Shown here piece after piece: positions 48,510-58,843 of a stretch of 64,000 bases of DNA. The notes below the pieces were generated by a model. It saw only the letters and a list, made by a program, of their open reading frames with translations, made no database searches and was not told the DNA's origin. The stretch comes from Deltaproteobacteria bacterium. Lineage in GTDB: Bacteria > Myxococcota_A > Polyangia > Fen-1088. The stretch is from positions 64,001 through 128,000 of the forward strand of contig JANRKS010000035.1 in assembly GCA_033763315.1 (NCBI GenBank). The letters run 5' to 3'. Every line of letters begins with the position of its first letter. Within the stretch, counting starts at the first letter, position 1. A program made the translations under genes and the position numbers.

Positions 48510-48678
48510 TGGTTGGATCGTAATATGGGAAGGAGAGTCACGCGACTTAATTTCGTGGTGCGGCGGGCTCTCAAAACGCCGGTACCTTCACTGCTGACTA
48601 AGATGTTCGGCGCACCGTTTGAGGTTCGTCAACGCGCCACCCGTTTATTGACCTGTTTATTGACCCGTGACGGGGCCC

Positions 48679-48713
48679 AAAACGGCAAACGGCCCCTCGG
48701 ATGAGGAGCCGTT
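48679..48713 (-). terminator. Probable terminator between recA and lon
   Basis: stem AACGGC..CCTC / GAGG..GCCGTT followed on the minus strand by TGCCGTTTT. Confidence 0.5.
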
Positions 48714-48779
48714 CGTAGGTTGACGTAAGGGCAAGTCGACTAGATCGTGTTTGCCATTACAGTTTCAACAGGGGTTATA

Positions 48780-49970
48780 CTACTTCTTGCCTGGCTTCGC
48801 GATCTCGTGAACCACGCCGGACATGGCCACTTCGCCAAAGTCTCGCTTGATGCCGTGCTTTGACAAAATCAAGCCTTCGATCTTGGCCGCCATCTCGGGG
48901 TGCTCCCGCAGATACGTCTTCACATTCTCGCGGCCCTGCCCGATGCGCTCGCCCTCGAACGAGAACCAGGCCCCTGCCTTGTCGATGATGCCGCCCTCGG
49001 CACCGAGATCCACCAGGTCGCCTTCGCGGCTGATGCCTTCGCCATAAAGAATGTCGAATTCGACCTCGCGGAAGGGAGGTGCCATCTTGTTCTTCACCAC
49101 GCGCACGCGGGTGCGGTTGCCCACCACCTTCTCGCCGTCTTTCAGCGCGCCCACGCGGCGAATGTCGAGACGTACGCTGGCGTAGAACTTCAAGGCGTTG
49201 CCGCCCGTGGTGGTTTCAGGGCTGCCGAACATGACACCGATCTTCATGCGGATCTGGTTGATGAAGATCACCAAGGTGTTTGATTTGGCGATGGTGCCGG
49301 TGAGCTTACGCAGGGCCTGGCTCATCAAGCGGGCCTGCAAGCCCACGTGTGAATCGCCCATCTCGCCTTCGATTTCAGCCCGCGGGGTCAACGCAGCCAC
49401 CGAGTCAACGACCACCACGTCCACCGCATTCGAGCGCACCAACATGTCGGCGATCTCCAACGCTTGCTCGCCGAAGTCGGGCTGCGAAACCAATAGGTCG
49501 TCGGTGCGCACGCCCAATTTACGCGCGTAACCCACGTCCAACGCGTGCTCGGCATCAACGAAGGCACACACGCCACCGCGCTTTTGCGCCTGGGCCACAA
49601 CCTGCAAAGCCAAGGTGGTTTTACCCGATGACTCCGGGCCATAAATTTCAACGATGCGGCCCTTGGGCAAGCCACCCACGCCCAGCGCAATGTCAACGGC
49701 CAACGAGCCTGTGGAAACCACCTTCACTTCCGGGGCTTGCACGTCCTCGCCAAGGCGCATGATGCTGCCTTTGCCGAACTGCTTTTCGATCGTGGAGACC
49801 GCCAGATCGATCGCTTTATCTTTTTCCACGTCGCGGGCCCGAGGGGCAGCGGCGATGGGTTCCTTCACGGCGTCCTTGCCCATGTCTTTCATGGCGTTAT
49901 TCATAACGCCTTCCACGGCCGCGCCATTGGCTTTTCCGTTTTTCGTATCCGACTTTTGCACCGTTGCCAT
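48780..49970 (-). CDS. recA: Recombinase RecA
   Basis: [63 protein letters not shown]. Confidence 0.98.
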   Translation of the reverse strand: MATVQKSDTKNGKANGAAVEGVMNNAMKDMGKDAVKEPIAAAPRARDVEKDKAIDLAVSTIEKQFGKGSIMRLGEDVQAPEVKVVSTGSLAVDIALGVGGLPKGRIVEIYGPESSGKTTLALQVVAQAQKRGGVCAFVDAEHALDVGYARKLGVRTDDLLVSQPDFGEQALEIADMLVRSNAVDVVVVDSVAALTPRAEIEGEMGDSHVGLQARLMSQALRKLTGTIAKSNTLVIFINQIRMKIGVMFGSPETTTGGNALKFYASVRLDIRRVGALKDGEKVVGNRTRVRVVKNKMAPPFREVEFDILYGEGISREGDLVDLGAEGGIIDKAGAWFSFEGERIGQGRENVKTYLREHPEMAAKIEGLILSKHGIKRDFGEVAMSGVVHEIAKPGKK

Positions 49971-50014
49971 CACTTCGTACCTTCCTCAATTGCCTCAATC
50001 TGGTTTGCTCAGCT

Positions 50015-51316
50015 TTAAACTTGTGTGATGGCCTTGCGGGCCAGGTCCAAGGCGGCGAACGCAGCCGCCCTGCGAATGCGTTCACGGCCGCCCGACAACA
50101 AACGCGTTTCCGCGCGCGTTCCGGCCGCGGTGGCCACCCCAAAGCACACCGTGCCCACCGGCTTTTCTCCGGGCACGTCGGCAGGCTTGGTGCTGCCGTC
50201 GCGTGAATCGCCCGCGATGCCAGTGATCGAAACCGCCACATCCGCACCCAAGACGCGGCGTGCGCCCTCGGCCATGGCTGCCGCGCAGGCCTCACTGACG
50301 GCGCCGTGCTCTTGCAGCATCTGGGCAGGCACGCCTAAGACATTGGTTTTCACCGCGTTGGCGTAGCTGACCACGGCGCCCAAGAACACGCGGCTGGCGC
50401 CAGGCTCTTCGGTGAACAACTGCCCGGCGTATCCGCCCGTGCACGATTCCGCGAAGGCGAGCGTTTTGCCGGCCTCCGCAAACGCACGCTGCACAACCTG
50501 GGGAAACGTTTCGTCGCCCACGCCATACACAGCGGTGCCCAAGCGTTCGATCACTTGCGCCTCAAGGCGCGCCATCGTGGCCTGCGCTTCAGCCTCGGCC
50601 TCGACGTTGGCCGCGTGGCGCAGCACAAGGCGTACGTGGCATTCGGTGGGGGCCGCGCGGTAGTGCAAAGACACGTCAGCGACGTCATCAATCAAGCCGG
50701 CCAAGCGGTGATCAATGTGAGATTCGCCCATGCCATAGACGTGAAACGTGCGCACGAGCGTGGGCATGCCTCCCACGGCCAAGATGGCCGCTTGCAGACG
50801 CGGCACCACGTGATCGTCGAAGATGCGGTTCATCTCACGCGGTACGCCCGGCATGAAATAGACCGTGGCGCCTTCAATCTTCGTCTCAAAACCGGGAGCG
50901 AGGCCCACCGGATTGGGCAACGGAAGCGCACCCGATGGCACCCGCACCTGCCGTTCGTTGTTGGGCGTGAGCACATAATTGTGGCGGGCAAAACGCAAGC
51001 GCATCGCTTCGTGCGAATCCGCATGGATCTCGGGCTGCACCCCTAACATGGCCGACACCACGTCGACCGTGCGATCGTCGTCAGTGGGGCCAAGGCCCCC
51101 CGTCACGAACACCAACTTGTGGGCACGGCACAAACGCACCAACGCGGCCTTCATATCGGAGGGCTCGTCCGCCACGACGGCGTGTTCACCCGGGACAAGC
51201 CCCAATCCGAATGCCCGATCCGACAAAAACGCGGCGTTGCCGTTGACCACCTCACCGCGCAGAACTTCGTCGCCTATGGCGAGGACGGCGAAGGACAGCC
51301 AGGTGGGAGAAGACAT
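50015..51316 (-). CDS. cinA: Competence/damage-inducible protein CinA (with NMN deamidase domain)
   Basis: IGDEVLRG, TGGLGPTDDDRT, PGVPREM, AESCTGG, SITGIAG; directly upstream of recA. Confidence 0.93.
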   Translation of the reverse strand: MSSPTWLSFAVLAIGDEVLRGEVVNGNAAFLSDRAFGLGLVPGEHAVVADEPSDMKAALVRLCRAHKLVFVTGGLGPTDDDRTVDVVSAMLGVQPEIHADSHEAMRLRFARHNYVLTPNNERQVRVPSGALPLPNPVGLAPGFETKIEGATVYFMPGVPREMNRIFDDHVVPRLQAAILAVGGMPTLVRTFHVYGMGESHIDHRLAGLIDDVADVSLHYRAAPTECHVRLVLRHAANVEAEAEAQATMARLEAQVIERLGTAVYGVGDETFPQVVQRAFAEAGKTLAFAESCTGGYAGQLFTEEPGASRVFLGAVVSYANAVKTNVLGVPAQMLQEHGAVSEACAAAMAEGARRVLGADVAVSITGIAGDSRDGSTKPADVPGEKPVGTVCFGVATAAGTRAETRLLSGGRERIRRAAAFAALDLARKAITQV

Positions 51317-51467
51317 TTGTTCAGTACCTTAAGGAATCGCCTTCGCGCTGTCAATGAACTGTGCACAGCCATCCGCCACCTCGCTTGGAGCCGTCCGAAC
51401 CGGCAAAGCGCGCCAAGCCGCTGGCTTCCCTTTCCGCCAAACGTTCCGCCGTGTTATGAAATTGGCG

Positions 51468-52232
51468 ATGCGCATTCGCTATGCCGCAAAGACCGATCCC
51501 GGCCTGAAGCGGAGTCACAACGAAGACTTCTTTTCTCTTATCGAAGAGGAGCAAGTGTTTCTGGTCGCCGACGGCATGGGGGGTCACGCCTGCGGCGAAG
51601 TGGCTTCTAAGATGGCGGCCGACGTCATCAAGGACTTTTTCGAGCGCACGCGCGACGAAGAAAACACGTGGCCATTCAAGATGGACAAGACGTTGTCGTT
51701 CCTTGAAAACCGCTTGGCTGTGGCGATCAAGACGGCCAACAAACGCATCTTTGATTCCGCTTCGAAAGACACGAAGCTCAAGGGCATGGGCACCACCGTT
51801 GTGATGGGGCAAATCACGGGTGACAAGTTCTACGTGGCCCACGTGGGTGATTCGCGCTGTTACCGCATCCGTGGCGACGAGGTGTATCAGCTTACGCGCG
51901 ATCATTCGCTGCTTGAGGATTACAAAGACGCGCGCCCCGACATGACCGACGAGGAGGAAAAACGTTTTCCTCACAAGAACGTGATCACACGTGCTTTAGG
52001 AATGAAGGAAAACGTTCAGGTGGACGTGCGCGCCGATGAAGTGGCCGATGGCGACGTGTTCCTGCTGTGCTCGGATGGCTTGTCCGGAATGATCTCCAAA
52101 GAGGTCATGGGGCAAACGGTGCGCAAGGCAGCGGACCTTGAAGCCGCCGTGGCGGGCCTCATCGAAGAAGCCAACAAAGCGGGCGGCACCGACAACATCA
52201 CGGTGCTCGCCCTCGAGTGTCGGCGCAACTAG
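51468..52232 (+). CDS. PP2C-family Ser/Thr phosphatase (Stp1/PrpC-like)
   Basis: [46 protein letters not shown]. Confidence 0.95.
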   Translation: MRIRYAAKTDPGLKRSHNEDFFSLIEEEQVFLVADGMGGHACGEVASKMAADVIKDFFERTRDEENTWPFKMDKTLSFLENRLAVAIKTANKRIFDSASKDTKLKGMGTTVVMGQITGDKFYVAHVGDSRCYRIRGDEVYQLTRDHSLLEDYKDARPDMTDEEEKRFPHKNVITRALGMKENVQVDVRADEVADGDVFLLCSDGLSGMISKEVMGQTVRKAADLEAAVAGLIEEANKAGGTDNITVLALECRRN

Positions 52233-52289
52233 CGGCGGCGTGCGTGTCGCCCACGGCGACGTAGCGCTCGCCAAGGCAGCGCGAGGCAG

Positions 52290-53357
52290 CTAGCGGCGGC
52301 GGCGGAGCGCCGTGGCGAACACCGCCAGACCGAACACAACCATCAGGGGGAAGCCAGCGCCCTTGTGTCCCGGCGTCAACGAGCAGCCACCGGCCGTGGA
52401 TTCATCGTCGCCGCCACTTGAGCCACCATTCGAGTCGCCTCCGGCACCACCCTCGCCGCCACTTCCCTCTTCTTCGTCGATTTCGCCGTTGCAGTTGTCG
52501 TCTTTGCCGTTCTTCACTTCTTTGGCGTCGGGGTTAATCTTCGGATCTTTGGGTGCACAATCCTTGCGAACGGCGACGAAGCCTTCTTGATCTTTGCACG
52601 TGAATTCGGCCTTGGCACCCGTGGCGGCAAAGCCGTCGCCGTCTTCGTCCTTGTAGTAAAGACCAGGCTCTAGACCTTCGTCGGACTGCCCGTCGCAATT
52701 GTCATCGATTGAGTTGCACACCTCTGCAGCGTCGGGATTCACTTCTTTCTTCGAGTCGTCGCAATCGGCGCCTTTTTCGATGAAACCCGACACAGGGTCG
52801 CAAGAGAGCTTGCCGTTCTTCTTGTCGCCGAATCCATCACCATCCACGTCTGGGTAATACATCTTCGCGCTGCAACCGTAAGCGATGCTGGCTGTGGTCG
52901 AACTGTTGTGATCGTCATCCGATGTGCCGTTGCTGTTGCCGGTGATCGACGAAACCCGAAAATCCGACACGCCTTTGGCTGTGGGCGCTGTCCACTTGAA
53001 AGAAAATTCGGCTTTGCCGTCGACCAGCGTCTTCGGTGCCGAATGCAGCACGCCCGTTTCGTGCAGCCGCGTACCAACGTTGTCGATCAACGCGAACTTC
53101 CCCTCGCCGCCCGTAATCCACACGCCGGTTCGTTTGGCTTCCGCGTTCACTGCCGTGAGCGCCACGGTCATCGTTATCGTTTCGCCAAGATTGGCGCTCG
53201 GTTTGCTGAAACTCACGTCAATCATGGGTCCCTGCGGTTTGTAGTGGCAATTGCCACACCCTTGCGGCTCACCGGTGGGACGCGCAAACGCTGATGACGG
53301 GATGACGGCGAGAGCAAGCAACGAACAGGCGGCCAAACGAACTGCCAGATAAGCCAT
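52290..53357 (-). CDS. Secreted protein: CxxCH, Reeler-like domain, two MopE-related Cys/Asp repeats, MYXO-CTERM
   Basis: signal peptide; GCGNCH; FKWTAP; YYPDVDGDGFG..DCDD..NPDAAEVCNSIDDNCDG; GGCSL..hydrophobic helix..RRRR. Confidence 0.8.
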   Translation of the reverse strand: MAYLAVRLAACSLLALAVIPSSAFARPTGEPQGCGNCHYKPQGPMIDVSFSKPSANLGETITMTVALTAVNAEAKRTGVWITGGEGKFALIDNVGTRLHETGVLHSAPKTLVDGKAEFSFKWTAPTAKGVSDFRVSSITGNSNGTSDDDHNSSTTASIAYGCSAKMYYPDVDGDGFGDKKNGKLSCDPVSGFIEKGADCDDSKKEVNPDAAEVCNSIDDNCDGQSDEGLEPGLYYKDEDGDGFAATGAKAEFTCKDQEGFVAVRKDCAPKDPKINPDAKEVKNGKDDNCNGEIDEEEGSGGEGGAGGDSNGGSSGGDDESTAGGCSLTPGHKGAGFPLMVVFGLAVFATALRRRR

Positions 53358-53569
53358 TCCGCAAGTTTACGACCGGTGACCGTAAATTCAACAAGCGAAA
53401 TCCCGCGACGTTTTATCAGGAAAATCGAAAGGTCCCGTTTGATCGTTCGACCGGTGAAAAGTTACCGCGGGTGTGTAAGACCTGACGTGTTAGACGATCT
53501 AGGCGCGCGTGGGGCATCGTTGCCCCACGAAACCGCGCCTCGGTGGTTTGCAGTATACGAACATTTGCC

Positions 53570-53585
53570 TGGCTCGCTCATTGCT
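53570..53585 (+). promoter_or_regulatory. sigma54-type promoter of the 1719-aa protein
   Basis: CTGGCTCG-CTCA-TTGCT, 15 nt before ATG 53601. Confidence 0.6.
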
Positions 53586-53600
53586 TAGGCATGACGCGCG

Positions 53601-56600
53601 ATGACTCCGAACAAGAATCACCCCCCGATTTTAGTCATATGCTTCGTTTTGTCGGCGGGAAGCGCGCGGGCGCAGCAGAAGCAGCCGGAAGGCGCACCTC
53701 CCGAAGGGTGCTCGGCAGAGGCGTTGCTGGCGCACGTGACGCAATTGTTCCCACCAGCGCTGCCCAAGCAGCGGATGGCAGCGGCGCGGGCGCTGGGTGC
53801 TTGCGCCACGACCACGACGGAGGGCGCACTGGCCGCGGCGCTGCAAACCGAGCCTGAGCCTGCCATCCGCAGCGAGGTTACGGCCGCATTGGCGCAGCAG
53901 CCGTCAGCGTTCGGTTTGTGGGCGCTGCAGAACGCGCGCCGCGATCCAGACGAGCGCGTACGGTCCCAGGCGGAGCTGGGGATCAGCAATCATAGGGTGC
54001 GGGTGGCCGAGCAAGCCCGTGTGCGCGCCGCTGAGACAACGCCCACAAGACCGCAAGAGGCTCCGCCCTCGCCCCCCGAGGCGGCCCCGCAGCCAGAGCC
54101 TGTGCGAGAGCCGGCTCCCGCGGTGGCTACCGCCGAACACCCCGCAGCCCCAGCCGAAGCAACTGCACCAACCCTTGCGTTGCCACCCCTTGTGCCGGCG
54201 CCCCCCGAGCCGCAGCTAACCCTCCTGCCCGAAAGGCCGCGCGCACCAGCGGGCCCGACGTCGGGCGTGCCTTTGTTGGTCACCACCTCGCTTTTGGCCG
54301 GCAGCGCGTGGGGCGCGGGGCTTGCTTTGATGGCTGATCAAAACAGCGCCGGCGTGATGATGTTGCTCGGCAGCGCGGGCGCTGTCATCGGCGGCGGCAC
54401 GGCATTCGCGCTGTCCCGGTTTGGGGTGCGCCCCACGGTTGACCAAGCCATTTGGTTCACCAACGCCACCGCGTGGGGCGCGCTCGCCGGCTTGATGGCT
54501 TACGCCGGCAGCGGCGCAGACGACGCTCGCCTGCAGGCGGGCTTGCTCGTGGGTGGGGAAAGCCTTGGTCTTGTGCTCGGCGCGTGGAGCGCTTCGCGGT
54601 ACACGTTCCGTCCCTCACAAACCGCACTGGCCGACGGCGTCGTGATGGCAAGCGCGCTCACCATCATCGGGGCTGGCCGCTGGCGTGGCGAAAGCGATGG
54701 CATTCCCGCCTGGATGGGATACGGGACGGCCCCGGTGATGTTGGGCGCCGCCATGCTGGCGCAACGCCTGCGCCCAACGCCGGCCGATGCACGATTCGTG
54801 GCGCTTTCAACGGTGGCCACATCAGCCACGCTAGGTTTGTTTGCGTCCGGTTTGGCAGGCGACGGCTTGTTGAACAGCGCCGCGGGCCAAGGCGGTTTGA
54901 TCGCGGGTTTGGGCGCCGGTTTCTTGGCGAGCGCAGTGACCTCGCCGTTCGTAGAGCCAACCTCGCGGCAGTTGTCGGTGGCAAGCCTCGGGTGGCTCGC
55001 AGGCGCCGGCTTTGGCGTTGGCACGTTCATGGTGGCGTTCCCGGACGACGAGGATCAGCAGCACCGTGCCTTGGGTGCCGCGCTCGGCGCGGCTACGTTC
55101 GCGGGGGCCGGCTATTGGATTGCACCCCATCTGCATCCGGGGCCGCAAGCCCTGCAAATGGGCTTCGCGGGAACGCTGCTGGGCGCAGGGCTGTGGTCGG
55201 TGGCAGGAGCGGCGAGCGGCACGTGGCTCACTGACGACCAACACACAGGCGGAGCGTTGGCGTTGGGCGTGGCGGGCGGCTTGGCAGGGATGTGGGCCAG
55301 CAACCGATTTGCTCCGGCACCGCAAGACTATGCCGCCGTGGTGGCGTCGATGGTGGCGGGGATGGCGGGCGGCGCGGGTGTCGCCAAGCTCGCGTCCTCG
55401 CAAGACGCGCCTGCGTTCACGGGTGTGTTGGTGGGCGGTCTTTCCGGACTGACCTTGGGGGCGTGGGCCAGCCACAACCAATCCTTGGCGCCCTCTGAAT
55501 TCGCGGCCGGCGCGATGGGCGCCGTGTATGGCGTGCTTTTGGGCGCGAACCTACGCAACCTCAGCAACGAATCAGCTGTGGATGATCGCATCACCGATGG
55601 CGCCCAGTACTTGGGCTTGTCGTTGGGTGCCTTCGCCGGCCTGGCGGCGGCCCGGTGGACCCACGCAAGCATGGGGCAGGTGGCGGTGCCGGGCATAGCG
55701 ATGGGCCTTGGCATGGTGATGGGCGCCAGCGCTGGCGACTTGGCTGCCGGGGCGCAAGGCGGCCGCATCGGCAGCACCATCGGTGGCATCGGCTTGGCAG
55801 CGGCCGCTGTGGGATTGGATTCACGTCTCAAACTCTCGCAGGGCCTCGGGCCAGATTGGTTCGAGCTTGGCGTCTGGGGCGGCGTTCTTGGTGGCTTCGA
55901 GGGATTGTTGCTGGCCGATCTTGCGAACGAAGCCCGCGGCGACAACGGACAGGCGCGCAGCGGGATGGGCTGGCTTGCAGGGACGACGGCGGGTGTGGCT
56001 TCGGGCTTGGTGCTTTCGAAATTGGCGCAACCCGACGCGCGCGACTACGTTTTCACCGCGTCCGGAAGCTTGCTGGGCTTGTCGCTTGGTTTCGGCATTG
56101 CAAGCGCTCTGCACACAGATGACGGAGCCAGCGCTGGCTTGATGTTTGGTGGCAGCCTGACGGGATTGGTGTCAGCGGCGTTGGTGGCCCACGCCATCGA
56201 GCCCACGCCCGTAGATCTCACCTCAGAACTTCTTGGCAGCGTTTACGGCGTCGCCTTGGGCAGCTTGGTCACGCAGCTTGACGGCGAAAGCGGCCGGTGG
56301 GGGAGAGCGCAATCCGCGGGCGCGGGGCTGGGCCTCGCGTTGGGTGGCGTGGGCGGCGTTCTGGCGACACGCGCGTTGGGAGCCTCTGCGGCGCAAGTGA
56401 CAACGGCCGCCACGGGCACGGCCTTGATGACCATGGCCGGCTTGGGCCTCGGACTGGCGTGGCCGCACGAAGGCTCACAGGCCACCCGCATCGGCGGTGC
56501 CGTTGGTTTGTCCGCGGGTTTGGTGGGAACGATCGTCGCTGATCGCTGGATGAACTTCTCAAGCGCGCGCTCGCCCCACTTCACGGGGCTTACGCTGGCA

Positions 56601-58760
56601 GGCACCGTGTTGGGCGGTTACCAGGGGCTGCTTCTGGGCGAAGCCCTGTCCGTCAGCGCCCCCGAGTCGGTCAGCGGCGACCGGCAACGGACGGGCGGTT
56701 TGATGTTTGGGAGCGCCGCGGGCGCCATCACAGGCATGCTGCTCTCGCGCAGCACGCAGCCTGAGCCAGAGGACCTTTTTGTGGTGGGGGCGGGCAGCGC
56801 GGTGGGCTCGGTGTTTGGTGCGGGTTTGAGCCGCTTGGCCGCAAAAGAAGGCGGCGCACATGACACGTGGGCACAGCTCGCAGGGTCGATGACCGGCCTT
56901 GTTGGTTTTGCAGCGATGCAACGGTACGCACCTATGACGGGCACCGATGCCGGCGCGGCGGTGCTCGGCACATCATTGGGTGCATTGGTGGGTGGCCTTG
57001 CGCCCTCATTGCACCTAAGCACGGTCTCCACATCGGATCGCACGAACGTGGGCGGCCTGCTGCTGGGCGCAGGTGCCGGCACGATGCTGGGCATCGTCTC
57101 GAGCAAAGTCACGGACGCGCAGCCTCAAACGGTGGCCGTTAGCGCCTGGGGGACGGTGCACGGCGCGGCCACCGGGATGGCCGTGGGAAATCTGTTCGAC
57201 GATCAGGGCAACTCGCAAGGACTGCGCATTGGATTGGTCGCTGGCGCCGTGGGTGGCACCGCCATCGCCTCGTTGTTGTGGCGGGACTTTTCAATGAGCG
57301 ACGATCAACAACGTCACACTCTGGCCGCTGCCACCACCGTGGGCGCCTGGTCTGGCTGGTGGGTTGGAAAGCTCGCCAGCGATGACGATCAAGACAAATC
57401 ACTCACGAGCACGGTGGCAGGGGCCGGCGTGGCTTCGATGCTTGCCATCTCGGCTGCGCCACACCTGCACATCAGTGACGACGTGCTCGGGGACGCGCTG
57501 GTGATGAACTTCATGTTGGGCGGTGCCGCAGGCGGCGTCACAGCCCTTGCCTCCACCGACAACGACAACCTCAGCAAGTTGGTGTTGGTGGGCAGTGGTG
57601 GCGGTCTTCTGTTGGGCGGGCTGTTGCACAACAAAATCATTTTGCGCTCCCAGAGCGCGCCTCTGCTCACAATCGCCACAGCCCAAGGCAGCCTCGCGGG
57701 ACTCTTGCTTGCAAGGATGATTCACGGTCAAGACGCCTCGGACCGGCATAAGCAGGGCGCGCAGGCCGTAGGTACGTTGGGCGGCGCCGCGGCAGGGTTG
57801 CTTCTGTCCAGCGTGTTATCGCCCGACGCAGGCCAGGCAGCCGTCGCGGGCCTTGGCAGCGCCAGCGGTGCAGCCGTGGGTGGCGGCATCGCCTTGATTG
57901 CCAACCGCTTGGACGCGCAAGAGGGCGCAGCCTTAACCTTGGGCGGCAGCTTGGCGGGCCTCACGGCGGGCGCTTTGTTTGCGCGGGGCGAGCCCGTAAC
58001 GGGCAACACGTTTGCACGCAGCAGCTTAGGCGCCGCGTTCGGCGCGGCCGAGGGCGCCGTGTTTTCCTGGGCGGCGCGCGGCACAACGGAGGATGACTAC
58101 AAAGGCTCGATCCTGCTGGGCGCGGGCCTGGGGACGTCGTTGGCGCTCGCCAGCACTTCGGTTCAAACGTGGAAGATCCCGGCAAGCGCTGGTTTCGGCG
58201 CTTGGGGCGCGTGGGTCGGGTCTTTTGCGGGCGCCATGGTCAAGAGCCGGCCCCAAGAAGCGACGTTGGGCGGGCTCATCGGCCTGAATCTGGGCGTGGC
58301 GGCCGGCTACGGTGCCCTGACAGCCGATTGGGTGGAGCCGGCGGACTTCGGGTGGCTGAGCTTGTTTGGCGCGGCGGGCACGTTGGTGGGCGGCGCCACC
58401 GGCGCGCTGTTCTCATCGTCGAAAGACTCCACACCGGCATTCGTGGGCTTGGCGGTGGGTCCCGTCGTTGGCTTGGGTGTGGGTGCAGCCATGCTACCCA
58501 CCTGGCGGCGCCTGCGCGGTCCCCAGGCCGACCGCAGCGCCCGCGCCCCTGCGGGTACCCTCGCGGCGGCTCTGGACACCGTGAACACGGCCGCGCCCCC
58601 TCCCGGAAGGATGGCGCAGTGGGCGCAGCACAAAGGCCGCCGCCTGAAGTCGTTGGTCGAGGTCGATCAGGTGATGCCCCTGGTGGGAGCCATGCCATCG
58701 GACGGGCAAAGCGGCACGCCCACGCCCTTCGTTGTGGGGCTCACGGGCCGCTGGCGCTAA
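53601..58760 (+). CDS. Large hypothetical protein: signal peptide, HEAT repeats, Pro-rich linker, about 1400 aa of Gly/Ala-rich glycine-zipper helices
   Basis: uninterrupted 1719-aa ORF; RMAAARALG..EPAIRSEVTAALA..DPDERVRSQA HEAT pattern; dozens of GxxxGxxxG hydrophobic segments. Confidence 0.75.
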   Translation: MTPNKNHPPILVICFVLSAGSARAQQKQPEGAPPEGCSAEALLAHVTQLFPPALPKQRMAAARALGACATTTTEGALAAALQTEPEPAIRSEVTAALAQQPSAFGLWALQNARRDPDERVRSQAELGISNHRVRVAEQARVRAAETTPTRPQEAPPSPPEAAPQPEPVREPAPAVATAEHPAAPAEATAPTLALPPLVPAPPEPQLTLLPERPRAPAGPTSGVPLLVTTSLLAGSAWGAGLALMADQNSAGVMMLLGSAGAVIGGGTAFALSRFGVRPTVDQAIWFTNATAWGALAGLMAYAGSGADDARLQAGLLVGGESLGLVLGAWSASRYTFRPSQTALADGVVMASALTIIGAGRWRGESDGIPAWMGYGTAPVMLGAAMLAQRLRPTPADARFVALSTVATSATLGLFASGLAGDGLLNSAAGQGGLIAGLGAGFLASAVTSPFVEPTSRQLSVASLGWLAGAGFGVGTFMVAFPDDEDQQHRALGAALGAATFAGAGYWIAPHLHPGPQALQMGFAGTLLGAGLWSVAGAASGTWLTDDQHTGGALALGVAGGLAGMWASNRFAPAPQDYAAVVASMVAGMAGGAGVAKLASSQDAPAFTGVLVGGLSGLTLGAWASHNQSLAPSEFAAGAMGAVYGVLLGANLRNLSNESAVDDRITDGAQYLGLSLGAFAGLAAARWTHASMGQVAVPGIAMGLGMVMGASAGDLAAGAQGGRIGSTIGGIGLAAAAVGLDSRLKLSQGLGPDWFELGVWGGVLGGFEGLLLADLANEARGDNGQARSGMGWLAGTTAGVASGLVLSKLAQPDARDYVFTASGSLLGLSLGFGIASALHTDDGASAGLMFGGSLTGLVSAALVAHAIEPTPVDLTSELLGSVYGVALGSLVTQLDGESGRWGRAQSAGAGLGLALGGVGGVLATRALGASAAQVTTAATGTALMTMAGLGLGLAWPHEGSQATRIGGAVGLSAGLVGTIVADRWMNFSSARSPHFTGLTLAGTVLGGYQGLLLGEALSVSAPESVSGDRQRTGGLMFGSAAGAITGMLLSRSTQPEPEDLFVVGAGSAVGSVFGAGLSRLAAKEGGAHDTWAQLAGSMTGLVGFAAMQRYAPMTGTDAGAAVLGTSLGALVGGLAPSLHLSTVSTSDRTNVGGLLLGAGAGTMLGIVSSKVTDAQPQTVAVSAWGTVHGAATGMAVGNLFDDQGNSQGLRIGLVAGAVGGTAIASLLWRDFSMSDDQQRHTLAAATTVGAWSGWWVGKLASDDDQDKSLTSTVAGAGVASMLAISAAPHLHISDDVLGDALVMNFMLGGAAGGVTALASTDNDNLSKLVLVGSGGGLLLGGLLHNKIILRSQSAPLLTIATAQGSLAGLLLARMIHGQDASDRHKQGAQAVGTLGGAAAGLLLSSVLSPDAGQAAVAGLGSASGAAVGGGIALIANRLDAQEGAALTLGGSLAGLTAGALFARGEPVTGNTFARSSLGAAFGAAEGAVFSWAARGTTEDDYKGSILLGAGLGTSLALASTSVQTWKIPASAGFGAWGAWVGSFAGAMVKSRPQEATLGGLIGLNLGVAAGYGALTADWVEPADFGWLSLFGAAGTLVGGATGALFSSSKDSTPAFVGLAVGPVVGLGVGAAMLPTWRRLRGPQADRSARAPAGTLAAALDTVNTAAPPPGRMAQWAQHKGRRLKSLVEVDQVMPLVGAMPSDGQSGTPTPFVVGLTGRWR

Positions 58761-58843
58761 TTCCGCTATAAAAGACGCGCGTCTTCTTTTATTGACAGAC
58801 GCCAACGAGGCCCGCACACTGCAGGCCGCATACCCGATCCGCC

